NCBI GenBank assembly: GCA_051313645.2
Contig: JBNRSN020000089.1
Location: 2,356,001 to 2,420,000 of the forward strand
Source: Centroscyllium fabricii
Taxonomy: Eukaryota
DNA: 64,000 bases
Direction: 5' to 3'
Within the stretch, counting starts at the first letter, position 1, and each line of letters begins with the position of its first letter. Positions 1 to 15,539 of the stretch are shown here, in pieces. The position numbers and the translations under genes were made by a program. The notes under the pieces were generated by a model. The model searched no databases and was not told the DNA's origin. It saw nothing but the letters and a program-made list of their open reading frames with translations.

Positions 1-299
1 TCAGACAATGTCCATCTGTGTACAATACATCAGACACTGTCCATCTTGTGTACAATACACCAGACAATGTCGATCTGTGAACAATACATCAGACAATATC
101 CATCTGGGAACAATACTTCAGACAAAATCCATCTATGAACAATACATCAGACAATGTCCACCTGTGTGCAATACATCAGACAATATACATCTGTGAACAA
201 TACATCAAACAATATCCATCTGTGTACACTACATCAGACAATATCCATCTCTGTACAATACATCAGACAATGTCCATCTGTGTACAATACATCAGGAAA

Positions 300-3200
300 T
301 ATCCATCTGTGAACAATACATCAGACAATATCCACCTGTGTACAATACATCCGACAATATCCATCTGTGAACAATACTTCAGACAAAGTCCATCTATGAA
401 CAATACATCAGACAATGTCCATCTGTGTACCATCCATCAGACAATATCCATCTGTGTACAACACATCAGACAATATCCATCTGTGTACAATATATCAGAC
501 AATGTCCATCTGTTTACAATTCATCAGAAAATATCCATCTGCGAACAATACATCAGACAATATCCATCTTTGTACAATACATCAGACAATATCCTTCTGT
601 GTACAATACATCAGACAGTGTCCATCTTGTGTACAATACATCAGACAATGTCGATCTGTGTACAGTACATCAGACAATGTCTATCTGTTAACAATACATG
701 AGACAATATACATCTGTGAACAATACATCAGACAATGTCCATCTGTGTACAACACATCAGACAATGTCCAGCTGTGTACAATACTTCAGACAATGTCCCT
801 CTGTGTACAATAAATCAGACAATGTCCATCTGTGTACAATACATCCGACACTATCCATCTGTGAACAATACTTCAGACAAAGTCCATCTATGAACAATAC
901 ATCAGAAAATGTCCATCTGTGTACCATACATCATACAATATCCATCTGTGTACAATACATCAGACTATATCCATCTGTGTACAATACATCAGACAATGTC
1001 CATCTGTTTACAATAATTCAGACATTATCCATCTATGAACAATACATCAGACAATGTCCATCTGTGAACAATACATCGGACAATGTCCCTCTGTATACAA
1101 TATATCAGACAGTGTCCATCTTGTGTACAATACATCAGACAATGTCCATCTGTGTACAATACATCAGACAATGTCTATCTGTGAACAATACATCAGACAA
1201 TGTCCATCTGTGTACAATACATCAGACAATGTCCATCTGTGTACAATACATCAGACAATGCCCATCTTTTGTACAATACATCAGACAATATCCATCTGTG
1301 TACAATACATCAGACAATGTCCATCTGTGTACAATACATCAGACAACGTCCATCTGTGTACAATAAATCAGACTCTGTCCATCTGTGTACAATACCTCAG
1401 ACAATGTCCATCTATGAACAATAAAGCAGACAATGTCCATCTTGTGTACAATACATCAGACAATGTCCATCTGTGTACAATACATCAGGCAATGTCCAGC
1501 TGTGTACAATACATCAGACAATGTCCCTCTGTGTACAATAAATCAGACAATGTCCATCTGTGTACAATAAATCCGACAATATCCATCTGTGAACAATACT
1601 TCATACAAATTCCATCTATGAACAATACATCAGACAATGTCCATCTGTGTATCATACATCAGACAATATCCATCTGTGAACAATTCATCAGAAAATATCA
1701 ATCTGTGTACAATACATCAGACAATGTCCATCTGTGTACGATACATCAGACAATGTTCATCTCTGTACAACACATCAAACAATGTCCATCTGTGTACAAT
1801 ACATCAGACAATATCCATCTATGAACAATACTTCAGACAATGTCCATCTGTGTACAATACATCAGACAATGTCTATCTGTGAACAATACTTCAGACAATG
1901 TCCATCTGTGTAGTATACATCAGACAATGTCCATCTGTGAACAATACATCAGAAAATGTCCATCTGTGTACAATACATCAGACACTGTCCATCTTGTGTA
2001 CAATACCCCAGACAATGTCGATCTGTGAACAATACATCAGACAATATCCATCTGTGAACAATACTTCAGACAAAGTCCATCTATGAACAATACATCAGAC
2101 AATGTCCACCTGTGTGCAATACATCAGACAATATACATCTGTGAACAATACATCAAACAATATCCTTCTGTGTACACTACATCAGACAATATCCATCTGT
2201 GTACAATACATCAGACAATGTCCATCTGTGTACAATACATCAGGAAATATCCATCTGTGAACAATAAATCAGACAATATCCACCTGTGTACAATACATCC
2301 GACAATATCAATCTGTGTACAATACATCAGACAATGTCCATCTGTGAACAATAAATCAGACATTATCCATCTATGAACAATACATCAGACAATATCCATC
2401 TGTGTACAATACATCAGACAATGTCCATCTGTGAACAATAAATCAGACATTATCCATCTAAGAACAATACATCAGACAATATCCATCTGTGAACAATACA
2501 TCAGACAATGTCCCTCTGTGTACAATACATCAGAAAATGTCCATCTTGTGCAAATTACATCAGACAATGTCCATCTGTGTACAATACATCAGACAATGTC
2601 TATCTGTGAAAAATACATCAGACAATGTCCATCTGTGTACTATACATCAGACAATGTCCAGCTGTGTACAATACATCAGACAATGTCCATATTGTGTAGA
2701 ATAGATCAGACACTGTCCATCTGTGTACAATATTTCAGACAATGTCCAGCTGTGTACAATACATCAGACAATGTCCCTCTGTGTACAATAAATCAGACAA
2801 TGTCGATCTGTGTACAATACATCCGACAATATCCATCTGTGAACAATACTTCAGACAAAGTCCATCTATGAACAATGCATCAGACAATGTCCATCTGTGT
2901 ACCATACATCAGGCAATATCCATCTGTGTACAATACATCAGACAATATCCATCTGTGTACAATACATCAGACAATGTCCATCTGTTTACAGTACATCAGA
3001 AAATATCTCTCTGTGAACAATACATCAGACAATATCCATCTTTTTACAATATATCAGACAATATACTTCTGTGTACAATACATCAGTCAATGTCCATCTG
3101 TGAACAATAAATCAGACATTATCCATCTATGAACAATACATCAGACAATGTCCATCTGTGAACAATACATCGGACAATGTCCCTCTGTGTACAATACATC

Positions 3201-6200
3201 AGGCAGTGTCCATCTTGTGTACAATACATCAGACAATGTCCATCTGTGTACAATACATCAGACAATGTCTATCTGTGAACAATACATCAGACAATGTCCA
3301 TCTGTGTACAATACATTAGACAATGTCCATCTGTGTACAATACATCAGACAATGTCCATCTTGTGTACAATAAATCTGACTATCTCCATCTGTGTACAAT
3401 ACATCAGACAATGTCCAGCTGTGTACACTACATCAGACAATGTCCATCTGTGAACAATAGATCAGACATTGTCCATCTGTGTACAAAACATAAGACAATG
3501 TCCATTTTTGAACAATACAGCAGACAATGTCCATCTTGTGTACAATACATCAGACAATGTCCATCTGTGTACAATACATCAGACAATGCCCAGCTGTGTA
3601 CAATACATCAGACAATGTCCCTCTGTGTACAATAAATCAGACAATGTCCATCTGTGTACAATAAATCCGACAATATCCATCTGTGAACAATACTTCAGAC
3701 AAAGTCCATCTATGAACAATACATCAGACAATGTCCACCTGTGTACCATACATCAGACAATATCCATCTGTGAACAATTCATCAGAAAATATCAATCTGT
3801 GTACAAAACATCAGACAATGTCCATCTGTGTACGATACATCAGACAATGTTCATCTCTGTACAACACATCAGAAAATGTCCATCTGTGTACAATACATCA
3901 GACAATATCCATCTATGAACAATATTTCAGACAATGTCCATCTGTGTACAATACGTCAGAAAATGTCCATCTGTGAACAATACATCAGACAATGTCTATC
4001 TGTGAAAAATACATCAGACAATGTCCATCTGTGTACTATACATCAGACAATGTCCAGCTGTGTACAATACATCAGACAATGTCCATATTGTGTAGAATAG
4101 ATCAGACACTGTCCATCTGTGTACAATACTTCAGACAATGTCCAGCTGTGTACAATACATCAGACAATGTCCCTCTGTGTACAATAAATCAGACAATGTC
4201 GATCTGTGTACAATACATCCGACAATATCCATCTGTGAACAATACTTCAGACAAAGTCCATCTATGAACAATGCACCAGACAATGTCCATCTGTGTACCA
4301 TACATCAGGCAATATCCATCTGTGTACAATACATCAGACAATATCCATCTGTGTACAATACATCAGACAATGTCCATCTGTTTACAGTACATCAGAAAAT
4401 ATCTCTCTGTGAACAATACATCAGACAATATCCATCTTTTTACAATATATCAGACAATATACTTCTGTGTACAATACATCGGTCAATGTCCATCTGTGAA
4501 CAATAAATCAGACATTATCCATCTATGAACAATACATCAGACAATGTCCATCTGTGAACAATACATCGGACAATGTCCCTCTGTGTACAATACATCAGAC
4601 AGTGTCCATCTTGTGTACAATACATCAGACAATGTCCATCTGTGTACAATACATCAGACAATGTCTATCTGTGAACAATACATCAGACAATGTCCATCTG
4701 TGTACAATACATCAGACAATGTCCATCTGTGTACAATACATCAGACAATGTCCATCTTGTGTACAATAAATCTGACTATCTCCATCTGTGTACAATACAT
4801 CAGACAATGTCCAGCTGTGTACACTACATCAGACAATGTCCATCTGTGAACAATAAATCAGACATTGTCCATCTGTGTACAATACATCAGACAATGTCCA
4901 TCTATGAACAATACAGCAGACAATGTCCATCTTGTGTACAATACATCAGACAATGTCCATCTGTGTACAATACATGAGACAATGCCAAGCTGTGTACAAT
5001 ACATCAGACAATGTCCCTCTGTGTACAATAAATCAGACAATGTCCATCTGTGTACAATAAATCCGACAATATCCATCTGTGAACAATACTTCAGACAAAG
5101 TCCATCTATGAACAATACATCAGACAATGTCCACCTGTGTACCATACATCAGACAATATCCATCTGTGAACAATTCATCAGAAATAATCAATCTGTGTAC
5201 AAAACATCAGACAATGTCCATCTTTGTACGATACATCAGACAATGTTCATGTCTGTACAACACATCAGATAATGTCCATCTGTGTACAATACATCAGACA
5301 ATATACATCTATGAACAATATTTCAGACAATGTCCATCTGTGTACAATACGTCAGAAAATGTCCATCTGTGAACAATACATCAGACATTATCCTTCTTTG
5401 TACAATACATCAGACAATGTCCATCTGTGTACAATACATCAGATAATATCCATCTGTGTACAATACATCAGACAATGTCCATCTGTGAACAATACATCGG
5501 ACAATATCCATCTGTGAACAATACTTCAGACAAAGTCCATCTATGAACAATACATCAGACAATGTCCATCTGTGTACCATACATCAGACAATATCCATCT
5601 GTGTACAATACATCAGACAATATCCATCTGTGTACAATACATCAGACAATGTCCATCTGTTTACAATTCATCAGAAAATATCCATCTGTGAACAATACAT
5701 CAGACAATATCCATCTTTGTACAATACATCAGACAATATCTTTCTGTGTACAATACATCAGACAGTGTCCATCTTGTGTACAATACATCAGACAATGTCC
5801 ATCTGTGTACAGTACATCAGACAATGTCTATCTGTTAACAATACATCAGACAATATCCATCTGTGAACAATACATCAGACAATGTCCATCTGTGTACAAT
5901 ACATCAGACAATGTCCAGCTGTGTACAATACATCAGACAATGTCCCTCTGTGTACAATAAATCAGACAATGTCCATCTGTGTACAATACATCCGACAATA
6001 TCCATCTGCGAACAATACTTCAGACAAAGTCCATCTATGAACAATACATCAGACAATGTCCATCTGTGTACCATACATCATACAATATCCATCTGTGTAC
6101 AATACATCAGACTATATCCATCTGTGTACAATACATCAGACAATGTCCATCTGTTTACAATAAATCAGACATTATCCATCTATGAACAATACATCAGACA

Positions 6201-9200
6201 ATGTCCATCTGTGAACAATACATCGGACAATGTCCCTCTGTGTACAATATATCAGACAGTGTCCATCTTGTGTACAATACATCAGACAATGTCCATCTGT
6301 GTACAATACATCAGACAATGTCTATCTGTGAACAATACATCAGACAATGTCCATCTGTGTACAATACATCAGACAATGTCCATCTGTGTACAATACATCA
6401 GACAAAGCCCATCTTTTGTACAATACATCAGACAATATCCATCTGTGTACAATACATCAGACAATGTCCATCTGTGTACAATACATCAGACAACGTCCAT
6501 CTGTGTACAATAAATCAGACTATGTCCATCTGTGTACAATACCTCAGACAATGTCCATCTATGAACAATAAAGCAGACAATGTCCATCTTGTGTACAATA
6601 CATCAGACAATGTCCATCTGTGTACAATACATCAGACAATGTCCAGCTGTGTACAATACATCAGACAATGTCCCTCTGTGTACAATAAATCAGACAATGT
6701 CCATCTGTGTACAATAAATCCGACAATATCCATCTGTGAACAATAATTCATACAAAGTCCATCTATGAACAATACATCAGACAATGTCCATCTGTGTATC
6801 ATACATCAGACAATACCCATCTGTGAACAATTCATCAGAAAATATCAATCTGTGTACAATATATCAGACAATGTCCATCTGTGTACGATACATCAGACAA
6901 TGTTCATCTCTGTACAACACATCAGACAATGTCCATCTGTGTACAATACATCAGACAATATCGATCTATGAACAATACGTCAGACAATGTCCATCTCTGT
7001 ACAATACATCAGACAATGTCTATCTGTGAACAATACTTCAGACAATGTCCATCTGTGTAGTATACATCAGACAATGTCCATCTGTGAACAATACATCAGA
7101 AAATGTCCATCTGTGTACAATACATCAGACACTGCCCATCTTGTGTACAATACCCCAGACAATGTCGATCTGTGAACAATACATCAGACAATATCCATCT
7201 GTGAACAATACTTCAGACAAAGTCCATCTATGAACAATACATCAGACAATGTCCACCTGTGTGCAATACATCAGACAATATACATCTGTGAACAATACAT
7301 CAAACAATATCCTTCTGTGTACACTACATCAGACAATATCCATCTGTGTACAATACATCAGACAATGTCCATCTGTGTACAATACATCAGGAAATATCCA
7401 TCTTTGAACAATAAATCAGACAATATCCACCTGTGTACAATACATCCGACAATATCAATCTGTGTACAATACATCAGACAATGTCCATCTGTGAACAATA
7501 TATCAGACATTATCCATCTATGAACAATACATCAGACAATATCCATCTGTGAACAATACATCAGACAATGTCCCTCTGTGTACAATACATCAGACAATGT
7601 CCATCTTGTGCAAATTACATCAGACAATGTCCATCTGTGTACAATACATCAGACAATGTCTATCTGTGAAAAATACATCAGACAATGTCCATCTGTGTAC
7701 TATACATCAGACAATGTCCAGCTGTGTACAATACATCAGACAATGTCCATATTGTGTAGAATAGATCAGACACTGTCCATCTGTGTACAATACTTCAGAC
7801 AATGTCCAGCTGTGTACAATACATCAGACAATGTCCCACTGTGTACAATAAATCAGACAATGTCGATCTGTGTACAATACATCCGACAATATCCATCTGT
7901 GAACAATACTTCAGACAAAGTCCATTTATGAACAATGCATCAGACAACGTCCATCTGTGTACCATACATCAGGCAATATCCATCTGTGTACAATACATCA
8001 GACAATATCCATCTGTGTACAATACATCAGACAATGTCCATCCGTTTACAGTACATCAGAAAATATCTCTCTGTGAACAGTACATCAGACAATATCCATC
8101 TTTGTACAATACATCAGACAATATCCTTCTGTGTACAATACATCAGTCAATGTCCATCTGTGAACAATAAATCAGACATTATCCATCTATGAACAATACA
8201 TCAGACAATGTCCATCTGTGAACAATACATCGGACAATGTCCCTCTGTGTACAATACATCAGACAGTGTCCATCTTGTGTACAATACATCAGACAATGTC
8301 CATCTGTGTACAATACATCAGACAATGTCTATCTGTGAACAATACATCAGACAATGTCCATCTGTGTACAATACATCAGACAATGTCCATCTGTGTACAA
8401 TACATCAGACAATGTCCATCTTGTGTACAATAAATCTGACTATCTCCATCTGTGTACAATACATCAGACAATGTCCAGCTGTGTACAATACATCAGACAA
8501 TGTCCATCTTGTGTACAATAAATCTGACTATCTCCATCTGTGTACAATACATCAGACATTGTCCATCTGTGTACAATACATCAGACAATGTCCATCTATG
8601 AACAATACAGCAGACAATGTCCATCTTGTGTACAATACATCAGACAATGTCCATCTGTGTACAATACATCAGACAATGCCCAGCTGTGTACAATACATCA
8701 GACAATGTCCCTCTGTGTACAATAAATCAGACAATGTCCATCTGTGTACAATAAATCCGACAATATCCATCTGTGAACAATACTTCAGACAAAGTCCATC
8801 TATGAACAATACATCAGACAATGTCCAACTGTGTACCATACATCAGACAATATCCATCTGTGATCAATTCATCAGAAAATATCAATCTGTGTACAAAACA
8901 TCAGACAATGTCCATCTGTGTACGATACATCAGACAATGTTCATCTCTGTACAACACATCAGAAAATGTCCATCTGTGTACAATACATCAGACAATATCC
9001 ATCTATGAACAATATTTCAGACAATGTCCATCTGTGTACAATACGTCAGAAAATGTCCATCTGTGAACAATACATCAGACATTATCCTTCTTTGTACAAT
9101 ACATCAGACAATGTCCATCTATGTACAATACATCAGATAATATCCATCTGTGTACAATACATCAGACAATGTCCATCTGTGAACAATATATCGGACAATA

Positions 9201-12200
9201 TCCATCTGTGAACAATACTTCAGACAAAGTCCATCTATGAACAATACATCAGACAATGTCCATCTGTGTACCATACATCAGACAATATCCATCTGTGTAC
9301 AATACATCAGACAATGTCCATCTGTTTACAATTCATCAGAAAATATCCATCTGTGAACAATACATCAGACAATATCCATCTTTGTACAATACATCAGACA
9401 ATATCTTGCTGTGTACAATACATCAGACAGTGTCCATCTTGTGTACAATACATCAGACAATGTCCATCTGTGTACAGTACATCAGACAATGTCTATCTGT
9501 TAACAATACATCAGACAATATCCATCTGTGAACAATATATCAGACAATGTCCATCTGTGTACAATACATCAGACAATGTCCAGCTGTGTACAATACATCA
9601 GACAATGTCCCTCTGTGTACAATAAATCAGACAATGTCCATCTGTGTACAATACATCCGACAATATCCATCTGCGAACAATACTTCAGACAAAGTCCATC
9701 TATGAACAATACATCAGACAATGTCCATCTGTGTACCATACATCATATAATATCCATCTGTGTACAATACATCAGACTATATCCATCTGTGTACAATACA
9801 TCAGACAATGTCCATCTGTTTACAATAAATCAGACATTATCCATCTATGAACAATACATCAGACAATGTCCATCTGTGAACAATACATCGGACAATGTCC
9901 CTCTGTGTACAATATATCAGACAGTGTCCATCTTGTGTACAATACATCAGACAATGTCCATCTGTGTACAATACATCAGACAATGTCTATCTGTGAACAA
10001 TACATCAGACAATGTCCATCTGTGTACAATATATCAGACAATGTCCATCTGTGTACAATACATCAGACAATGCCCATCTTGTGTACAATACATCAGACAA
10101 TATCCATCTGTGTACAATACATCAGACAATGTCCATCTGTGTACAATACATCAGACAATGTCCATCTGTGTACAATAGATCAGACTATGTCCATCTGTGT
10201 ACAATACATCAGACAATGTCCATCTATGAACAACAATGCAGACAATTTCCATCTTGTGTACAATATATCAGACAATGTCCATCTGTGTACAATACATCAT
10301 ACAATGTCCAGCTGTGTACAATACCTCAGACAATGTCCCTCTGTGTACAAAAATCAGACAATGTCCATCTGTGTACAATAAATCCGACAATCTCCATCTG
10401 TGAACAATACTTCATACAAATTCCATCTATGAACAATACATCAGACAATGTCCATCTGTGTATCATACATAAGACAATATCCATCTGTGAACAATTCATC
10501 AGAAAATATCAATCTGTGTACAATGCATCAGACAATGTCCATCTGTGTACGATACATCAGACAATGTTCATCTCTGTACAACACATCAGACAATGTCCAT
10601 CTGTGTACAATACATCAGACAATATCCATCTATGAACAATACTTCAGACAATGTCCATCTGTGTACAATACATCAGACAATGTCCATCTTGTGTACAATA
10701 CCCCAGACAATGTCGATCTGTGAACAATACAACAGACAATATCCATCTGTGAACAATACTTCAGACAAAGTCCATCTATGAACAATACATCAGACAATGT
10801 CCACCTGTGTGCAATACATCAGACAATATACATCTGTGAACAATACATCAAACAATATCCTTCTGTGTACACTACATCAGACAATATCCATCTGTGTACA
10901 ATACATCAGACAATGTACATCTGTGCACAATACATCAGGAAATATCCATCTGTGAACAATAAATCAGACAATATCCAACTGTGTACAATAAATCCGACAA
11001 TATCAATCTGTGTACAATACATCAGACAATGTCCATCTGTGAACAATAAATCAGACATTATCCATCTATGAACAATACATCAGACAATATCCATCTGTGA
11101 ACAATACTTCAGACAATGTCCCTCTGTGTACAATACATCAGACATTGTCCATCTTGTGCAAATTACATCAGACAATGTCCATCTGTGTACAATACATCAG
11201 ACAATGTCTATCTGTGAAAAATCCATCAGACAATGTCCATCTGTGTACTATACATCAGACAATGTCCAGCTGTGTACAATACATCAGACAATGTCCATCT
11301 TGTGTAGAATAGATCAGACACTGTCCATCTGTGTATAATACATCAGACAATGTCCAGCTGTGTACAATACATCAGACAATGTCCATCTGTGTACAATACA
11401 TCAGACAATGTCCATCTTGTGTACAATACATCAGACAATGTTCATCTGTGTACAATACATCAGACAATGTCGATCTGTGTACAATACATCCGACAATATC
11501 CATCTGTGAACAATACTTCAGACAAAGTCCATCTATGAACAATACATCAGACAATGTCCATCTGTGTACCATACATCAGACAATATCCATCTGTGTACAA
11601 TATATCAGACAATATCCATCTGTGTACAATACATCAGACAATGTCCATCTGTTTACAGTACATCAGAAAATATCCATCTGTGAACAATACATCAGACAAT
11701 ATCCATCTTTGTACAATACATCAGACAATATCCTTCTGTGTACAATACATCAGTCAATGTCCATCTGTGATCAATAAATCAGACATTATCCATCTAGGAA
11801 CAATACATCAGACAATGTCCATCTGTGAACAATACATCGGACAATGTCCCTCTGTGTACAATACATCAGACAGTGTCCATCTTGTGTACAATACATCAGA
11901 CAATGTCCATCTGTGTACAATACATCAGACAATGTCTATCTGTGAACAATACATCAGACAATGTCCATCTGTATACAATACATCAGACAATGTCCATCTG
12001 TGTACAATACATCAGACAATGTCCATCTTGTGTACAATAAATCTGACTATCTCCATCTGTGTACAATACATCAGACAATGTCCATCTGTGTACAATACAT
12101 CAGACAATGTCCATTTGTGAACAATAAATCAGACTTTGTCCATCTGTGTACAATACATCAGACAATGTCCATCTATGAACAATACAGCAGACAATGTCCA

Positions 12201-15200
12201 TCTTGTGTACAATATATCAGACAATGTCCATCTGTGTACAATACATCAGACAATGCCCAGCTGTGTACAATACATCAGACAATGTCCCCCTCTGTGTACA
12301 ATAAATCAGACAATGTCCATCTGTGTACAATAAATCCGACAATATCCATCTGGGAACAATATTTCAGACAAAGTCCATCTATGAACAATACATCAGACAA
12401 TGTCAACCTGTGTACCATACATCAGACAATATCCATCTGTGAACAATTCATCAGAAAATATCAATCTGTGTACAAAACATCAGACAATGTCCATCTGTGT
12501 ACGATGCATCAGACAATGTTCATCTCTGTACAACACATCAGACAATGTCCATCTGTGTACAATACATCAGACAATATCCATCTATGAACAATATTTCAGA
12601 CAATGTCCATCTGTGTACAATACGTCAGAAAATGTCCATCTGTGAACAATACATCAGACATTATCCTTCTTTGTACAATACATCAGACAATGTCCATCTG
12701 TGTACAATACATCAGATAATATCCATCTGTGTACAATACATCAGACAATGTCCATCTGTGAACAATACATCGGACAATATCCATCTGTGAACAATACTTC
12801 AGACAAAGTCCATCTATGAACAATACATCAGACAATGTCCATCTGTGTACCATACTTCAGACAATATCCATCTGTGTACAATACATCAGACAATATCCAT
12901 CTGTGTACAATACATCAGACAATGTCCATCTGTTTACAATTCATCAGAAAATATCCATCTGTGAACAATACATCAGACAATATCCATCTTTGTACAATAC
13001 ATCATACAATATCCTTCTGTGTACAATACATCAGACAGTGTCCGTCTTGTGTACAATACATCAGACAATGTCCATCTGTGTACAGTACATCAGACAATGT
13101 CTATCTGTTAACAATACATCAGACAATATCCATCTGTGAACAATACATCAGACAATGTCCATCTGTGTACAATACATCAGACAATGTCCAGCTGTGTACA
13201 ATACATCAGACAATGTCCCTCTGTGTACAATAAATCAGACAATGTCCATCTGTGTACAATACATCCGACAATATCCATCTGTGAACAATACTTCAGACAA
13301 AGTCCATCTATGAACAATACATCAGACAATGTCCATATGTGTACCATACATCATACAATATCCATCTGTGTACAATACATCAGACTTTATCCATCTGTGT
13401 ACAATACATCAGACAATGTCCATCTGTTTACAATAAATCAGACATTATCCATCTATGAACAATACATCAGACAATGTCCATCTGTGAACAATACATCGGA
13501 CAATGTCCCTCTGTGTACAATATATCAGACAGTGTCCATCTTGTGTACAATACATCAGACAATGTCCATCTGTGTACAATACATCAGACAATGTCTATCT
13601 GTGAACAATACATCAGACAATGTCCATCTGTGTACAATACATCAGACAATGTCCATCTGTGTACAATACATCAGAAAATGCCCATCTTTTGTAAAATATA
13701 TCAGACAATATCCATCTGTGTACAATACATCAGACAATGTCCATCTGTGTACAATACATCAGACAATGTCCATCTGTGTACAATAAATCAAACTATGTCC
13801 ATCTGTGTACAATACATCAGACAATGTCCAACTATGAACAATAAAGCAGACAATGTCCATCTTGTGTACAATACATCAGGCAATGTCCATCTGTGTACAA
13901 TACATCAGACAATGTCCAGCTGTGTACAATACCTCAGACAATGTCCCTCTGTGTACAATAAATCAGACAATGTCCATCTGTGTACAATAAATCCTACAAT
14001 ATCCATCTGTGAACAATACTTCATACAAAGTCCATCTATGAACAATTCATCAGAAAATATCAATCTGTGTACAATACATCAGACAATGTCCATCTGTGTA
14101 CGATACATCAGACAATGTTCATCTCTGTACAACACATCAGAAAATGTCCATCTGTGTACAATACATCAGACAATATCCATCTTTGAACAATACTTCAGAC
14201 AATGTCCATCTGTGTACAATACATCAGACAATGTCTATCTGTGAACAATACTTCAGACAATGTCCATCTGTGTACAATACATCAGACAATGTCCATCTGT
14301 GAACAATACATCAGACAATGTCCATCTGTGTACAATACATCAGACACTGTCCATCTTGTGTACAGTACCCCAGACAATGTCGATCTGTGAACAATACATC
14401 AGACAATATCCATCTGTGAACAATACTTCAGACAAAGTCCATCTATGAGCAATACATCAGACAATGTCCACCTGTGTGCAATACATCAGACAATATACAT
14501 CTGTGAACAATACATCAAACAATATCCATCTGTGTACACTACATCAGACAATATCGATCTGTGTACAATACATCAGACAATGTCCATCTGTGTACAATAC
14601 ATCAGGAAATATCCATCTGTGAACAATAAATCAGACAATATCCACCTGTGTACAATACATCCGACAACATCAATCTGTGTACAATACATCAGACAATGTC
14701 CATCTGTGAACAATAAATCAGACATTATCCATCTATGAACAATACATCAGACAATATCCATCTGTGAACAATACATCAGACAATGTCCCTCTGTGTACAA
14801 TACATCAGACAATGTCCATCTTGTGTACAATACATCAGGCAATGTCCATCTGTGTACAATACATCAGACAATGTCTATCTGTGAAAAATACATCAGACAA
14901 TGTCCATCTGTGTACAATACATCAGACAGTGTCCAGCTGTGTACAATACATCAGACAATGTCCATCTTGTGTAGAATAGATCAGACAATATCCATCTGTG
15001 AACAATACTTCAGACAAAGTCCATCTATGAACAATACATCAGACAATGTCCATCTGTGTACCATACATCAGACAATATCCATCTGTGTACAATACATCAG
15101 ACAATATCCATCTGTGTACAATACATCAGACAATTTCCATCTGTTTACAGTACATCAGAAAATATCCATCTGTGAACAATACATCAGACAATATCCATCT

Positions 15201-15290
15201 TTGTACAATACATCAGACAATATCCTTCTGTGTACAATACATCAGTCAATGTCCATCTGTGAACAATAAATCAGACATTATCCATCTATG
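300..15290 (+). repeat. Higher-order repeat of ~3.55-3.75 kb (~125 monomers), about 4 imperfect copies
   Basis: Same variant strings recur at near-fixed offsets in the ORF track: 415/5562, 1054/6201 and 2083/7230 (5147 = ~3751 + a 1396 internal duplication); 5863/9528 and 6201/9866 (3665); 9528/13136 (3608); 7230/10778 (3548); 10778/14445 (3667). Boundaries are approximate. Confidence 0.85.
2590..5381 (+). repeat. Tandem duplication of a 1396-bp satellite block (48 monomers)
   Basis: Markers tctatctgtgaaaaatac at 2599/3995 and atacgtcagaaaatg at 3951/5347. ORF pairs 2742/4138, 3148/4544 and 3731/5127 are all offset by 1396. Confidence 0.9.
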
Positions 15291-15539
15291 AACAATACAT
15301 CAGACAATGTCCATCTGTGAACAATATATCGGACAATGTCCCTCTGTGTACAATACATCAGACAGTGTCCATCTTGTGTACAATACAGCAGACAATGTTC
15401 ATCTGTGTACAATACATCAGACAATGTCCATCTGTGTACAATACATCAGACAATGTCCATCTTGTGTACAATATATCTGACAATGTCCATCTGTGTACAA
15501 TACATCAGACTATGTCCATCTGTGTACAATACATCAGAC